A stretch of DNA of 64,000 nt from a bacterium. Lineage in GTDB: Bacteria; Patescibacteriota; Minisyncoccia; UBA6257; MFKM01. This document shows positions 18,136 through 28,381 of the stretch, piece by piece. Under the pieces are notes generated by a model that ran no database searches, had not been told where the DNA came from, and was given only the letters and a program-made list of their open reading frames with translations. How positions within the stretch are numbered: position 1 is the stretch's first letter; each line of letters starts with the position of its first letter. The stretch spans positions 65,324 through 129,323 of the forward strand of contig JAUYAV010000019.1 in the NCBI GenBank assembly GCA_030693325.1, given 5' to 3'. The position numbers and the translations under genes were made by a program.

Positions 18136-18561
18136 TTACCACCCCGCCGGCTTACAGGCTTCATCAACCACCTCTTCCAGGCCTTTGTCGTTGCCGAATA
18201 TTTGGTCAAGAGTGTCCGTGTTCAAAGTCCCTTTAGGGAAATAACAGTCAAGATTCAGGGCATCGTTTAATTTTCTTTGGAAATGGCACTTTTCGTTTTC
18301 TATTCCCAGGATTGTTATCTCAATAGCCGTCGTGCCGTCAGTGCTTATCATTTTAGTGGTTACCGGCAGGCATCCGTTCATTCTGTTTATAAAACACCCC
18401 GGATCTGCCGCTTTGCCGCAATCAACCATTTTATTTTCGGTTGCGGGCGTTTGCGTTTTTTCGTCCGCGCCCTTATTCCCGGTTAAAAAGAATATACCCC
18501 CGCCGACAATGATTAAAACTAAAATAGCGATAATAATGTATAAACCTTTTTTGTTCGTCAT
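18136..18561 (-). CDS. Hypothetical exported Cys-containing protein
   Basis: N-terminal TM or signal segment. Confidence 0.4.
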   Translation of the reverse strand: MTNKKGLYIIIAILVLIIVGGGIFFLTGNKGADEKTQTPATENKMVDCGKAADPGCFINRMNGCLPVTTKMISTDGTTAIEITILGIENEKCHFQRKLNDALNLDCYFPKGTLNTDTLDQIFGNDKGLEEVVDEACKPAGW

Positions 18562-18669
18562 ACTATTATTTTAACAGATTAAGGCAAAAATTATTACTAA
18601 AACAAGCAAAACTATGCCCCCAAATATAGTTTTAACTATACGAACTCTTTGATACTAAATATTTTTATG

Positions 18670-18758
18670 CGGAGGCGACAGGATTCGAACCTGTGAAGGG
18701 TTTTAAGGCCCTTAACACATTAGCAGTGTGTTGCTTTCAGCCGCTCAGCCACGCCTCC
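18670..18758 (-). tRNA. tRNA-Ser (anticodon GCU), type II
   Basis: Acceptor GGAGGCG/CGCCTCC, anticodon loop CTGCTAA, long variable arm, T-loop TTCGAAT. Confidence 0.8.
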
Positions 18759-18849
18759 AGATTTTTAAGAATAAAGAATTATGAAGCAAGAATCAAGTAG
18801 TAAGCGGTTGTTTTTATAGGTTTTATATGCTAATTTTTAATACATAACA

Positions 18850-20322
18850 ATGATGGAAAACAACCAAAAAAATGAAAAACCTAGGCCGCCCATCGTAGTT
18901 GTGATGGGGCACGTTGACCACGGCAAAACCAGTTTGCTGGATTATATCCGCAAGACAAATGTCACGGCCAGAGAAGCCGGCGGCATCACCCAATCAGTCG
19001 GCGCTTACGAAATTGAGCATAACGCCAAAAAAATAACTTTTATTGACACGCCCGGTCACGAGGCCTTTTCCAAAATGCGCACCCGAGGCGCCCAGGCGGC
19101 GGATTTGGCAATTCTGGTGGTGGCTGGTGATGAAGGAGTGAAGCCCCAAACCAAAGAGGCTTTGAGCCAGATTCAGGCCGCCAAGCTTCCTTTCATAGTA
19201 GCCATTAATAAAATTGATAAGCCAGATATTAATTTGGAAAAAGTCAAAAACGAATTACTGACTGCCGGTATTCTGCTTGAAGGTTATGGCGGCGATGTTT
19301 CCTGGCAGGCGATTTCCGCCAAAACCGGCCAGGGCGTTCAGGAATTACTCGATTTAATTTTACTGGCCGCGGAAATGGAAAATTTAAAATACGACCCCCA
19401 GGTTCAGGCCAAAGGAATAATAGTGGAGGCCTTACGTGATAATCGTCGGGGCATAGTAGTCAGCGTTATTGTTGAAAATGGAACTTTGAAGTTGGGCGAA
19501 AATATCACCACGCCTACCGCCAGCGGCAAAATAAAATCTTTGAAAAATTTTTTGGGCGCGGATGTGAAATTTTTGGAGCCGAGCGCTCCGGCTTTGATTT
19601 TAGGCTTTGATTCTTTGCCGCAAATAGGGGAGGAATTTTTGACTGGAGAAATAAATTTCAATTTGATGGAAATGCCTTTGCCGGTGGCAAAAAAAGCGTT
19701 GGCGGCCAAAGGAGAAAATTCGGATAAAATCAAAGTTGTTTTAAAAGCGGATAACTCCGGCAGTTTGGAAGTGTTAAGCGATATCATTAAAGCCATTCCT
19801 TCAGCCAAGCCCGTTGTAATTTTAGGCCAAAGCGTGGGAAGGATTAATGAAGGAGATTTTAGACTGGCTGTCGGCAATCAAGCTTTGATTATCGGTTTTA
19901 AGACGAAATTAGATCCAACCGCCGATAGTTTGCAAAAACTTTCTCCGATAACAATCATCAGTTCGGATATTATTTACGAATTAGTGAAAAAATTTGAAGA
20001 TTATCTGGATTCTTTCAGAGAGCCGGATGCCGTCGGCGAATTGGAGGTGTTGGCCGTTTTTGGGAAATCGGAAAAAAACTCGTCTGCCGGCAAGCAAGGC
20101 AAACAAACAGTTGGCGGAAAAATTATCAAGGGTTTAATAAAAAATCAGCAGAAATTTGAAGTTTGGCGAAACGAACAAAGTTTCGTCAAAGGCCGGATTT
20201 TGAATCTTCAGGAACAGAGAAAAGACGTTGCTGAAGCGGGGACGGGCAAGGAAGTTGGTCTTATGGTGGAGGCCGGTGATATAATAAAAGTCGGCGACAA
20301 GCTGAAATTTTTCGTCCAATAA
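18850..20322 (+). CDS. infB: Translation initiation factor IF-2 (short form lacking N-terminal region)
   Basis: G domain VVVMGHVDHGKTSLLD, DTPGHEAF, NKID. Confidence 0.9.
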   Translation: MMENNQKNEKPRPPIVVVMGHVDHGKTSLLDYIRKTNVTAREAGGITQSVGAYEIEHNAKKITFIDTPGHEAFSKMRTRGAQAADLAILVVAGDEGVKPQTKEALSQIQAAKLPFIVAINKIDKPDINLEKVKNELLTAGILLEGYGGDVSWQAISAKTGQGVQELLDLILLAAEMENLKYDPQVQAKGIIVEALRDNRRGIVVSVIVENGTLKLGENITTPTASGKIKSLKNFLGADVKFLEPSAPALILGFDSLPQIGEEFLTGEINFNLMEMPLPVAKKALAAKGENSDKIKVVLKADNSGSLEVLSDIIKAIPSAKPVVILGQSVGRINEGDFRLAVGNQALIIGFKTKLDPTADSLQKLSPITIISSDIIYELVKKFEDYLDSFREPDAVGELEVLAVFGKSEKNSSAGKQGKQTVGGKIIKGLIKNQQKFEVWRNEQSFVKGRILNLQEQRKDVAEAGTGKEVGLMVEAGDIIKVGDKLKFFVQ

Positions 20323-20328
20323 TATTTT

Positions 20329-20622
20329 ATGAGAACTTATCGCGATTTGCGGGTAGCTAATTTAATCCAGGAGGAGTTGGGAAAAATAATTTTGAGAGAA
20401 ATGGAATTTCCGGTTTCAACCCTGGTTACCATTACCAACGTGGAGGTTTTGAGGGATTTGAGTCAGGCGAAAATAAAACTGGGAGTCATTCCAGCAAGTG
20501 AAGCCCTGAAAGTTTTGGAAATTTTGAGCAGTTATCGGCCGCTACTTCAAGGAATGTTACTTAGAAAAATCAATATCAAACCGATGCCAAGGATTGAATT
20601 TTTGTTGGATAATAGCAATTAG
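20329..20622 (+). CDS. rbfA: Ribosome-binding factor A
   Basis: RbfA-like sequence immediately after infB. Confidence 0.8.
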   Translation: MRTYRDLRVANLIQEELGKIILREMEFPVSTLVTITNVEVLRDLSQAKIKLGVIPASEALKVLEILSSYRPLLQGMLLRKINIKPMPRIEFLLDNSN

Positions 20623-20644
20623 TTTGAAATTAAAATATTATCAA

Positions 20645-20716
20645 GGCCTGGTTGCTAAGTGGTAAAGCAGAGGTCTGCAAAACCTCTATACGGGAGTTCG
20701 ATTCTCCCCCAGGCCT
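20645..20716 (+). tRNA. tRNA-Cys (anticodon GCA)
   Basis: Acceptor GGCCTGG/CCAGGCC, anticodon stem GAGGT/ACCTC, loop CTGCAAA, T-arm GGGAG-TTCGATT-CTCCC. Confidence 0.8.
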
Positions 20717-20730
20717 CAAAATTGAAAATT

Positions 20731-20812
20731 GCCCGGGTGGCGGAATGGTATACGCGCAACACTTAAAATGTTGTGGCCTCAGGTCATGCGGGTTCGACTC
20801 CCGCCCCGGGCA
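20731..20812 (+). tRNA. tRNA-Leu (anticodon UAA), type II
   Basis: Acceptor GCCCGGG/CCCGGGC, anticodon stem CAACA/TGTTG, loop CTTAAAA, T-arm GCGGG-TTCGACT-CCCGC. Confidence 0.85.
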
Positions 20813-20820
20813 CAAATTTT

Positions 20821-21726
20821 ATGAACCAAAACCAGTTTTTAGAATCTTATTCAAAATTTCTTCAGAAATTTTTGAAGCTACAAAAGCCGCCCCGCTTAGC
20901 GGGGCAATGGTCGCGCTTAGCGCGACCGCTCAAGGTGGTTTTTGACTGCTCTAACGGAGTGGCGGGTTTGGTTTTAAAAAAAATAAAGAGTCCTCTAAAT
21001 TCAAAATTCATAATTTTAAATTCTGAGCCCGATGGCGATTTTCCAGCTCACGGGCCGAATCCGTCAAAACCCGGAGCCACAAAACAATTACAAGCCGCTG
21101 TTAAAAAACATAAAGCCGACTTGGGAATAATTTTTGACGCTGATGGCGATCGGATGCTTTGCGTTGATAACAAGAGCCGTTTTGTTGACCCCGAAGTTAG
21201 CGCCCGGCTTTTGATTTGGCATTTGAAACCCAAGAAAATAATTATTGATACGACAACCGGCTGGCTCGTCAAAAAACTAGCAACCTATAACCAAAAACTT
21301 ATAACTTCCAAAGTCGGCCAATATTTTATCAAGCAAAAAATGCGGGCCGAGAACGCCGATTTCGGCGCCGAGCGTTCCGGACATTATTACTTCAGGGAAT
21401 TTTTCGGTTTGGATTCCGGAATTTTGGCGGCGATTGAAGTCATTAATGCCGTTTCCGAATTACCTTACAAACTTTCAGATTTCGTTGATTTTTTGCCGCA
21501 ATATTATCGTTCCGAAATAGATATCAGCGTCAATCAGCGTAATCAGCGTCAATCAGCGTTATTGTTAAAAAAAATAGAACAAACTTATAAAAACCAAGCC
21601 CTTAAAATTTCCCGTCTTGACGGCTTGACTATGGAATTCGCCGATTGGTGGTTTAATCTTCGTTTTTCCCAAACCGAACCGTTGTTGAGATTGAATATTG
21701 AGGCCTTAGAAAAATCTAAAGTTTAA
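20821..21726 (+). pseudogene. Phosphohexomutase (PGM/PMM family) fragment covering domains II-IV only; the catalytic-Ser domain I is absent
   Basis: DADGDR metal loop, GAERSGH sugar loop and R.S.TEP phosphate loop are present; no TASHNP region; ORF begins right after the tRNA pair. Confidence 0.6.
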
Positions 21727-21812
21727 AAGGAAATTTCTGAAAATAAGCCGGATTTTTACTTTGACAGAGGTCTTTTTTCGCTTATAATACAGGCAAATAT
21801 TTAACATGTTTT

Positions 21813-22358
21813 ATGGACCAGATTGTTTTTGATATTGAGACAAAAAATTCTTTTGCTGACGTTGGCGGCCAGGAAAATCTTAAAAAACTGGACGTTTCCG
21901 TAGTCGGCCTTTACTCATATAAAGATGACGCTTATTCCTGTTTTGACGAAACCGAATTGGAAAAAGTGAAAGAAGTTTTCAAACGGAGCGATTTGCTTAT
22001 CGGTTTTGCCGTCAAACGTTTTGATTTGCCGGTTTTGGAAAAATATTTTTTTCCGAAAGGCGACTTTGATTTTTATAATATTTCCTGTTTTGATATTTTG
22101 GAAAAAATAGAGGCATCGCTGGGCCATCGGGTTAAGCTTGATGACTTGGCCAAAGCCAATTTAGGAATAGGCAAGACCGCCGTTGGTTTGGAAGCGATTG
22201 AATTTTACCGGAACGGAGAGATAGAAAAATTAAAGCAATATTGTCTTAATGACGTTAAAATAACCAAGGAACTTTACGAAATGTTGAAAAACCAGGGGCA
22301 TCTTTGGATCCCCCAAAGATTTCCAGGAAAAATGGTAAAATGGGAATATCAGATTTAA
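21813..22358 (+). CDS. RNase H-fold DEDDy-type 3'-5' exonuclease family protein
   Basis: IVFDIETKN, then a YCLNDV motif. Confidence 0.5.
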   Translation: MDQIVFDIETKNSFADVGGQENLKKLDVSVVGLYSYKDDAYSCFDETELEKVKEVFKRSDLLIGFAVKRFDLPVLEKYFFPKGDFDFYNISCFDILEKIEASLGHRVKLDDLAKANLGIGKTAVGLEAIEFYRNGEIEKLKQYCLNDVKITKELYEMLKNQGHLWIPQRFPGKMVKWEYQI

Positions 22359-22391
22359 TTTTAAAATTGAAAATTTTAATTCAGTCAAATT

Positions 22392-25004
22392 ATGAATAAT
22401 TTCAATCGTTTCACCATAAAAGCCCAGGAGGCCTTACAAAACGCCCAGGATTTAGCCGGCCGTTTTAATCATGGGGAACTTAAAGCTCTTCATCTTTTGT
22501 CCAGTTTGATAAGCGAAGAACAGAGTTTAGTGAGGCCGATGATGGTCCGGGCTAATGTCAACTTGGCGGCTTTGGAAAAAAGCTTGGAAGAAAAACTGGC
22601 CCGTCTGCCAAAAATTTTTAGCGGCTCCAATGTCGGTCAGCTTTATCTTTCCCAGGAATCAATGCGGATTTTGGACCGCGCCGGCGAAATCGCCCGCCAG
22701 CAAAAAGATGAATTTATTTCCTGCGAGCATTTGCTTTTAGCGGTTTTAGATGTTCCCTCGGCGGCTCAATCACTATTGAGCGAATTTGGCGTTCACCGGG
22801 AAATGCTTTTGAGAGTTTTAGCCCAACTGCGCGGTTCGGTCAGAATTACCGACGAAACGCCGGAAACCAAATTTCAGGTTTTGGAAAAATATGCCGTCAA
22901 TTTAACCGAGCAAGCCCGGCAGGGGAAGCTGGATCCGGTTATCGGCCGCGAAGAAGAATTGAGGCGGTTAATCCAGGTTCTATCCCGCCGCAAAAAAAAC
23001 AATCCGGTGCTCATCGGCGAGTCCGGCGTGGGGAAAACCGCCGTCATTGAAGGTTTAGCTCAGAGGATTATCAAAGGCGAAGTCCCCGAAGGTTTGAAAA
23101 ACAGGGAAATTATTATGTTGGATTTAGGGTCTCTAATCGCCGGCACCAAGTTTCGCGGCGAATTTGAAGATCGGCTCAAGGCGTTTATTCAGGAAATCAA
23201 AAATGCCAGCGGCCGCTATATTCTTTTTATAGATGAGATTCATATGATTGTCGGCGCCGGCGCAGCCGAAGGCGCGGTTGACGCTTCCAATCTTTTGAAA
23301 CCCTCTTTGGCCCGGGGCGAACTTCACGCCATTGGCGCGACTACTATCAAGGAATATCAAAAATATATTGAACGGGACGCGGCTTTGGAACGCCGTTTCC
23401 AGCCGGTGATGGTTGAAGAACCGAGCTTGGAAGACAGCATCGCCATTCTCCGCGGGATTAAAGAAAAATATGAAATTCATCACGGAATTGAAATCAGCGA
23501 TGAAGCTATTATTTCCGCCGTTAATCTTTCGGCCCGTTATATCACTGACAGATTTTTGCCGGATAAAGCTATTGATTTGATTGACGAAGCGGCGGCGGCC
23601 CGTCATTTGGAAACAGACAGCTTGCCGGCGGAAATTGACCTTTTGCGCCACGGCATCACCCGTTTGGAAATTGAGCAGAAATCCGCCAAACCGGCGCGCC
23701 AAAAAATTATTGTCAAAGAATTGAAAAAACTCAAAGCGGAAAATGACGATCTTTCCGGCCGCTGGCACGCGGAAAAAATTAATCTGGAAAATTTTCATAA
23801 TCTTCGGCGCAAAATTGACGAATTGGAAAATTCGGCGGCGTTAGCCGAGAGAGAAGGCAACTTGGAAAGAGTGGCTCAGATTCGTTACGGAGAGTTGCCG
23901 GCCGCTAAGCAGGAATATCAAATTTTTGAGAAAAAATATTTTTCCAAAAAACATCAGGAAAAATTCATTAAAGAATACATTGATGCCGAAGACGTGGCGG
24001 CGGTGGTTTCGCGCTGGACAGGCATCCCCATTAACCGGATGCTGGAATCGGAAATGACCAAACTTTCCAGGATTGAAGAAGTGCTTTCCGAAAGAGTGGT
24101 CGGCCAGTCGGTCGCCATAGAAGCCGTGAGCCGGGCTTTGCGCCGCGCTCGAGCCGGCTTGTCTGATGAATTCAAGCCCCTGGGTTCTTTTATGTTTCTT
24201 GGGCCGACCGGTGTCGGGAAAACCGAACTGGCTAAAACTTTGTCTGAATTTATGTTTAACGACGAGAAGGCCCTGGTTCGGATTGATATGTCCGAATATA
24301 TGGAACGGCATTCGGTCAGCCGGCTGATTGGTTCGCCGCCGGGTTATGTCGGCTATGAAGAAGGAGGCCAATTGACTGAAACCGTCCGCCACCGGCCTTA
24401 CAGCCTGATTCTTTTTGACGAAATTGAGAAAGCCAATCCGGAGGTCTTCAATATTTTGCTTCAGATTTTGGATAACGGCCGCTTAACTGACGGCAAGGGA
24501 AAAATCGTCAACTTCAAGAATTGTATTATCATTTTGACTTCCAATGTTGGCAGTGAATTTTTCCGCCAGATGTCCTATTTGGGATTCAGTTCGGGCGGAG
24601 AAAACGAAACTAATTTAGAATCCCAGGAAGAAAATTTCCGGGATAAAGTCAAAGAATCATTGCGGCAAACTTTCAAACCCGAATTTCTCAACCGCCTGGA
24701 CGAGGTTATTATTTTCAATTCGCTTCGCCAGAAAGATATTGCTAAAATTGTTGATATTCAGCTGGAACAAGTCAAAGAAAAATTAGCCGAACGCCGGATT
24801 AAACTGACCGTTGACCCTTCTCTTAAAAAATATCTGATTGACAATGGCTTTGATCCGGAATACGGCGCTCGGCCGATTAAGCGCTTGATTCAAAAAATTA
24901 TTCTTGATAATCTGGCCGATAAAATTATTAAAGGTGATGTTAAAAATGGTCAAAAAATTAAACTCTCTTTTCGCCAGCAAGCTGTGGAAGTCAGTACTTC
25001 TTAA
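22392..25004 (+). CDS. clpB: Chaperone ClpB (two AAA+ modules plus middle coiled-coil)
   Basis: Clp N-domain, two Walker A motifs ([16 protein letters not shown]), M-domain. Confidence 0.95.
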   Translation: MNNFNRFTIKAQEALQNAQDLAGRFNHGELKALHLLSSLISEEQSLVRPMMVRANVNLAALEKSLEEKLARLPKIFSGSNVGQLYLSQESMRILDRAGEIARQQKDEFISCEHLLLAVLDVPSAAQSLLSEFGVHREMLLRVLAQLRGSVRITDETPETKFQVLEKYAVNLTEQARQGKLDPVIGREEELRRLIQVLSRRKKNNPVLIGESGVGKTAVIEGLAQRIIKGEVPEGLKNREIIMLDLGSLIAGTKFRGEFEDRLKAFIQEIKNASGRYILFIDEIHMIVGAGAAEGAVDASNLLKPSLARGELHAIGATTIKEYQKYIERDAALERRFQPVMVEEPSLEDSIAILRGIKEKYEIHHGIEISDEAIISAVNLSARYITDRFLPDKAIDLIDEAAAARHLETDSLPAEIDLLRHGITRLEIEQKSAKPARQKIIVKELKKLKAENDDLSGRWHAEKINLENFHNLRRKIDELENSAALAEREGNLERVAQIRYGELPAAKQEYQIFEKKYFSKKHQEKFIKEYIDAEDVAAVVSRWTGIPINRMLESEMTKLSRIEEVLSERVVGQSVAIEAVSRALRRARAGLSDEFKPLGSFMFLGPTGVGKTELAKTLSEFMFNDEKALVRIDMSEYMERHSVSRLIGSPPGYVGYEEGGQLTETVRHRPYSLILFDEIEKANPEVFNILLQILDNGRLTDGKGKIVNFKNCIIILTSNVGSEFFRQMSYLGFSSGGENETNLESQEENFRDKVKESLRQTFKPEFLNRLDEVIIFNSLRQKDIAKIVDIQLEQVKEKLAERRIKLTVDPSLKKYLIDNGFDPEYGARPIKRLIQKIILDNLADKIIKGDVKNGQKIKLSFRQQAVEVSTS

Positions 25005-25086
25005 GAGTTCCCTTATCGGGTTCGGCTTGTTTGGAATCTATTTTTTTAATTTTTCCTTCTCGGCTTTTTTATTTTTTTCTTTTTTG

Positions 25087-25710
25087 ATGGCCGGAATTTA
25101 TTTCTCACAGCTGCCGGAAAGGGGCCAGTTCAGAATCTCTTTTTTGGTTTTGACTTTGACGGCGCTATTGGCCTTTTATTTTTTTGCCGATAGTTTTTAT
25201 TTGGCGTTTTTCGGCTGTCTGATTTTCAGTTTTTTGTTTTATTTGCTTTTGGGGCTTACGGATTTTATTTTTGAGAATCGCCGGGCAGTCTATCTTTTTT
25301 TTAATACCTGTCTTTTTCTGGCCGTTTTTTCGCTTTTTTTCGGCGCCGACAAATCAAAACATTTTTTACTTATTAACGCCTTGCTCTTTTCGGCGATTTT
25401 TCTGCTCTTTAAAGAATGTTTCGGGTTTTTGCGGTCAGCCAGTCATCGCTTGCCTTTTATTGTTCATAATCCGCGATTCATTTCCCTGGTTTTCTCTTTT
25501 TTGGGACTGGAATTGTTTTGGGCTATCAACCTTTTGCCTATCGGGTTCATTAATTCAGCTATCCTTTTAACGCTTTTTGTTTTTTTAATGCGCGATTTTG
25601 TCCTGATTTATTTTTCCGGACGCCTCAACCGGCGATTTTTTGCCAATCACTTTTTAATTTTTATTATTTTGGTTATTTTTATTTTTGCTAATTCAAAGTG
25701 GAGCATATAA
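25087..25710 (+). CDS. Phe-rich polytopic membrane protein (start ambiguous; the track ORF begins at 24904 inside clpB)
   Basis: Multiple TM helices; first ATG after the clpB stop is at 25087. Confidence 0.4.
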   Translation: MAGIYFSQLPERGQFRISFLVLTLTALLAFYFFADSFYLAFFGCLIFSFLFYLLLGLTDFIFENRRAVYLFFNTCLFLAVFSLFFGADKSKHFLLINALLFSAIFLLFKECFGFLRSASHRLPFIVHNPRFISLVFSFLGLELFWAINLLPIGFINSAILLTLFVFLMRDFVLIYFSGRLNRRFFANHFLIFIILVIFIFANSKWSI

Positions 25711-25759
25711 GTTAAATTTTAAATTGAGAATTTAAAATTGTTAATGTATAATATAAGTA

Positions 25760-27124
25760 ATGCCTAAGAATTTTTTTCAGCCCAAAAAACATACGCAATC
25801 AGTTTCCGATATTATTCCGACTCCAAGGCCGAAAAATGAAGCGAGACCGAAAGAGAGAGAAGTAAATAATGAAATTGAAGTTGAGCAGGAGATTATTACG
25901 GTAGCCAGGGATTCTTATCAGTATCAGGAAATTCCGGACCAGGGAAACCTCCCGACAAAAAGCAAGCTTCCCAGATGGCCATTTGCTTTGATTTTATCAA
26001 CCGCCATTTTAGCAGGCTTGTTTTATCTTGGTTGGAAAGTTTTGCCGCGATTGGAAATCAAGGTTTCTGTCAGAAAATATCCGGCGGCTTTTAACGAAGC
26101 CATTGATGCCAGCAAAAATTTTACTTCCAGTCAAACTAACGCAAGTTCAACTCCGATTAAACTGCCGGCCGAATTATTTTCCGCCAGCAGCACTTTGCCG
26201 ATGTTTTTTCCGGCCTCTGGTAAAGAGCAAGTCTCAAACAAAGCTCAAGGCAAAATCACTATTTATAACAGTTATAGTTCTGACCCCCAAAATTTAGTGA
26301 TCAACACCCGTTTTCTAACGCCGGATAATAAAATTTTTCATTTGAGTAAAGCTGTTACCGTTCCGGGCGCCAAAATTCAGGAGGGGAAAATTATTCCTTC
26401 TTCCATTGAAACCAATGTTGTCGCGGACCAAGCCGGGAAAGACTATAATATTGAGCCGGTGGTTAAATTCACCATCCCCGGGTTTAAAGGTTCTCCAAAA
26501 TATGAGGGCTTTTACGCCAGTTCAGTCCAGCCGATGACCGGCGGTTATGTCGGCGAGATTGCGGTTCCGACAGACAAAGACATCAGCGATGCGAAAGCTA
26601 AAATCAGACAGACCCTGGAGTATAGTTTAAAAATAAATATTTTTTCTCAAATTCCCAAAGATTTCAAAATTATTGACGGTTCTTCGGATTTTGAAATTTT
26701 AAAGGAAACCATTGGAAAGGTGGATATAAACAATAACAATAATTTCAGCATTGTTCTCCAGGCCCAGATGAAGGTAATCACTTTTAAGGAAAAAGATTTG
26801 AAAGATATTTTAACTATAAAATCTTTATCCAAATTAGCCGCCGGGGATTACGAAGTGGCGGACTTTAATATTGAATACGGGGTTCCGCGTTCGGATTTTA
26901 ATAAAGGAGAAATGTCTTTTCCCGTCAAAGGCCAGATAATATTTAAGAGAAAAATTGACATTAATAATCTTCGCCAGCAGATTTTGGGCAAAAATGATCT
27001 CGCCCTTAAAACCTTATTCCTCAATTTGCCCGATATAATTGAGAAAGCCGAGTTTTCTTTCTGGCCCAGATACGTCAAAACAGCGCCTAATAAAATTAAT
27101 AAGACAAAAATTATTCTTCAATAA
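25760..27124 (+). CDS. Hypothetical single-pass membrane protein with large extracytoplasmic domain
   Basis: TM segment near residue 85. Confidence 0.4.
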   Translation: MPKNFFQPKKHTQSVSDIIPTPRPKNEARPKEREVNNEIEVEQEIITVARDSYQYQEIPDQGNLPTKSKLPRWPFALILSTAILAGLFYLGWKVLPRLEIKVSVRKYPAAFNEAIDASKNFTSSQTNASSTPIKLPAELFSASSTLPMFFPASGKEQVSNKAQGKITIYNSYSSDPQNLVINTRFLTPDNKIFHLSKAVTVPGAKIQEGKIIPSSIETNVVADQAGKDYNIEPVVKFTIPGFKGSPKYEGFYASSVQPMTGGYVGEIAVPTDKDISDAKAKIRQTLEYSLKINIFSQIPKDFKIIDGSSDFEILKETIGKVDINNNNNFSIVLQAQMKVITFKEKDLKDILTIKSLSKLAAGDYEVADFNIEYGVPRSDFNKGEMSFPVKGQIIFKRKIDINNLRQQILGKNDLALKTLFLNLPDIIEKAEFSFWPRYVKTAPNKINKTKIILQ

Positions 27125-28356
27125 TTCTGGTTAAGAATGACTTTTAGAAATTGATTGTCTTTAAGAAAATAAAGATTATTTTCTTTATCAAAAGCGAAGC
27201 TTTCAATATTTTCCCCTAAAACCCACCAGTTGGCCGGCGGTCGGCTATCTACTTCGGCGGCTATTATTTTGTCGGAATAATTTATAATCAAGTGGCCAAG
27301 AATTTTAGGCAGCCAATCAAAATCAAGCGGCTTGCTGTTTATTGAAAGATTGAGTTTGAATTTTTCGCCTGCGGTTATTTTGAAATCCTGATGATAATCT
27401 TCCAAAAAAATAATTTCTATTTCTCCATCCCTGGTGAGCGCGGCTATTTTTTTGCTGTCGGGCGAAAATTTAAAATCCTTAATTCCCTCTTCTTTATCAG
27501 CATCAATAATCTGTTTTAATTCTTTTTGTGTTCGGTTGTAAACAAACAAATTTCCTTTATTGTCCAGAAGGGCGATCCGGATGTTTGATTTTGAGAAAGC
27601 GATTTTTTCCGTTTCATTCAGGAGTTTGAAGGGGATTTTTTCGGTGATTTTACGGGAATCCAGATTATAAATTTGGAGATTATCTTGCCAGTCAAAAAAG
27701 GCGATTTCGGAATTACTGATGACCAGAGCTTTCACGGGATTAAGAGTTAAAATTTCCAAAGAAAAATTTTGGCGGTCTAAAATATAGACGGCTTTTTGAG
27801 TAGTAATGATGGATTTTGAAGTATTAAAAGGATAGGAAATTATTTGAGTTACCGGAACTTCGCCGGGCATTTTCAGCTGTTTTTGTTTCAAAGAATTGAA
27901 TATTTTTTTAATTTCCTCTTTTTTATTTTCGGTAAGCCAGAATTTTTCCGCTTCTGGCCGGCTGACTGTTTCAGTGGGAATTTTTTTTGGAAAAAGAAAA
28001 ATTTTGCTGGCGCCGGAAATAAGTCCGGCTTCAACCGTTAAGCTTTTTTTCCAGGAGCCGAAATTTTCTTTCAAAATTTCAATCTGATAATTGCCCGGTA
28101 AAAGTCCTTTGATTAATTCACTGCCGCCGTTGCCGAACATATCGCGTTTCGGGCTGTAGGATTTGCCGTTGATTTTTATCTGGGCGTCAGCCGGCCAGAT
28201 TTTTAAAAAAACGGCGCCGGTTTTTTTAAAAGTAAAAAAATCGTTGGCAGTCGGATTGAGCGACCAGCCGAAAGAATAAAAAAGAAACCCGCCGGCGGCC
28301 AGAAAAAACCCCAGAACCAGGCAATAAAGAATCAATTTCCTTGTTTTTTTAGTCAT
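27118..28356 (-). CDS. PEGA-domain exported protein with probable beta-propeller region
   Basis: N-terminal TM segment; PEGA-like LKIWPADAQIKINGKSY...GNYQIEILKENF. Confidence 0.4.
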   Translation of the reverse strand: MTKKTRKLILYCLVLGFFLAAGGFLFYSFGWSLNPTANDFFTFKKTGAVFLKIWPADAQIKINGKSYSPKRDMFGNGGSELIKGLLPGNYQIEILKENFGSWKKSLTVEAGLISGASKIFLFPKKIPTETVSRPEAEKFWLTENKKEEIKKIFNSLKQKQLKMPGEVPVTQIISYPFNTSKSIITTQKAVYILDRQNFSLEILTLNPVKALVISNSEIAFFDWQDNLQIYNLDSRKITEKIPFKLLNETEKIAFSKSNIRIALLDNKGNLFVYNRTQKELKQIIDADKEEGIKDFKFSPDSKKIAALTRDGEIEIIFLEDYHQDFKITAGEKFKLNLSINSKPLDFDWLPKILGHLIINYSDKIIAAEVDSRPPANWWVLGENIESFAFDKENNLYFLKDNQFLKVILNQNY

Positions 28357-28381
28357 AAGTTCTTATTATTATACTATAAAA

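Noticed and set aside
20630-20945. ORFs 20630..20815(-), 20652..20945(+) and the first 48 nt of 20773..21726
   Set aside because: They overlap the tRNA-Cys and tRNA-Leu(UAA) genes and are spurious. The same applies to ORF 55..252(-), which overlaps tRNA-Phe and terminators.
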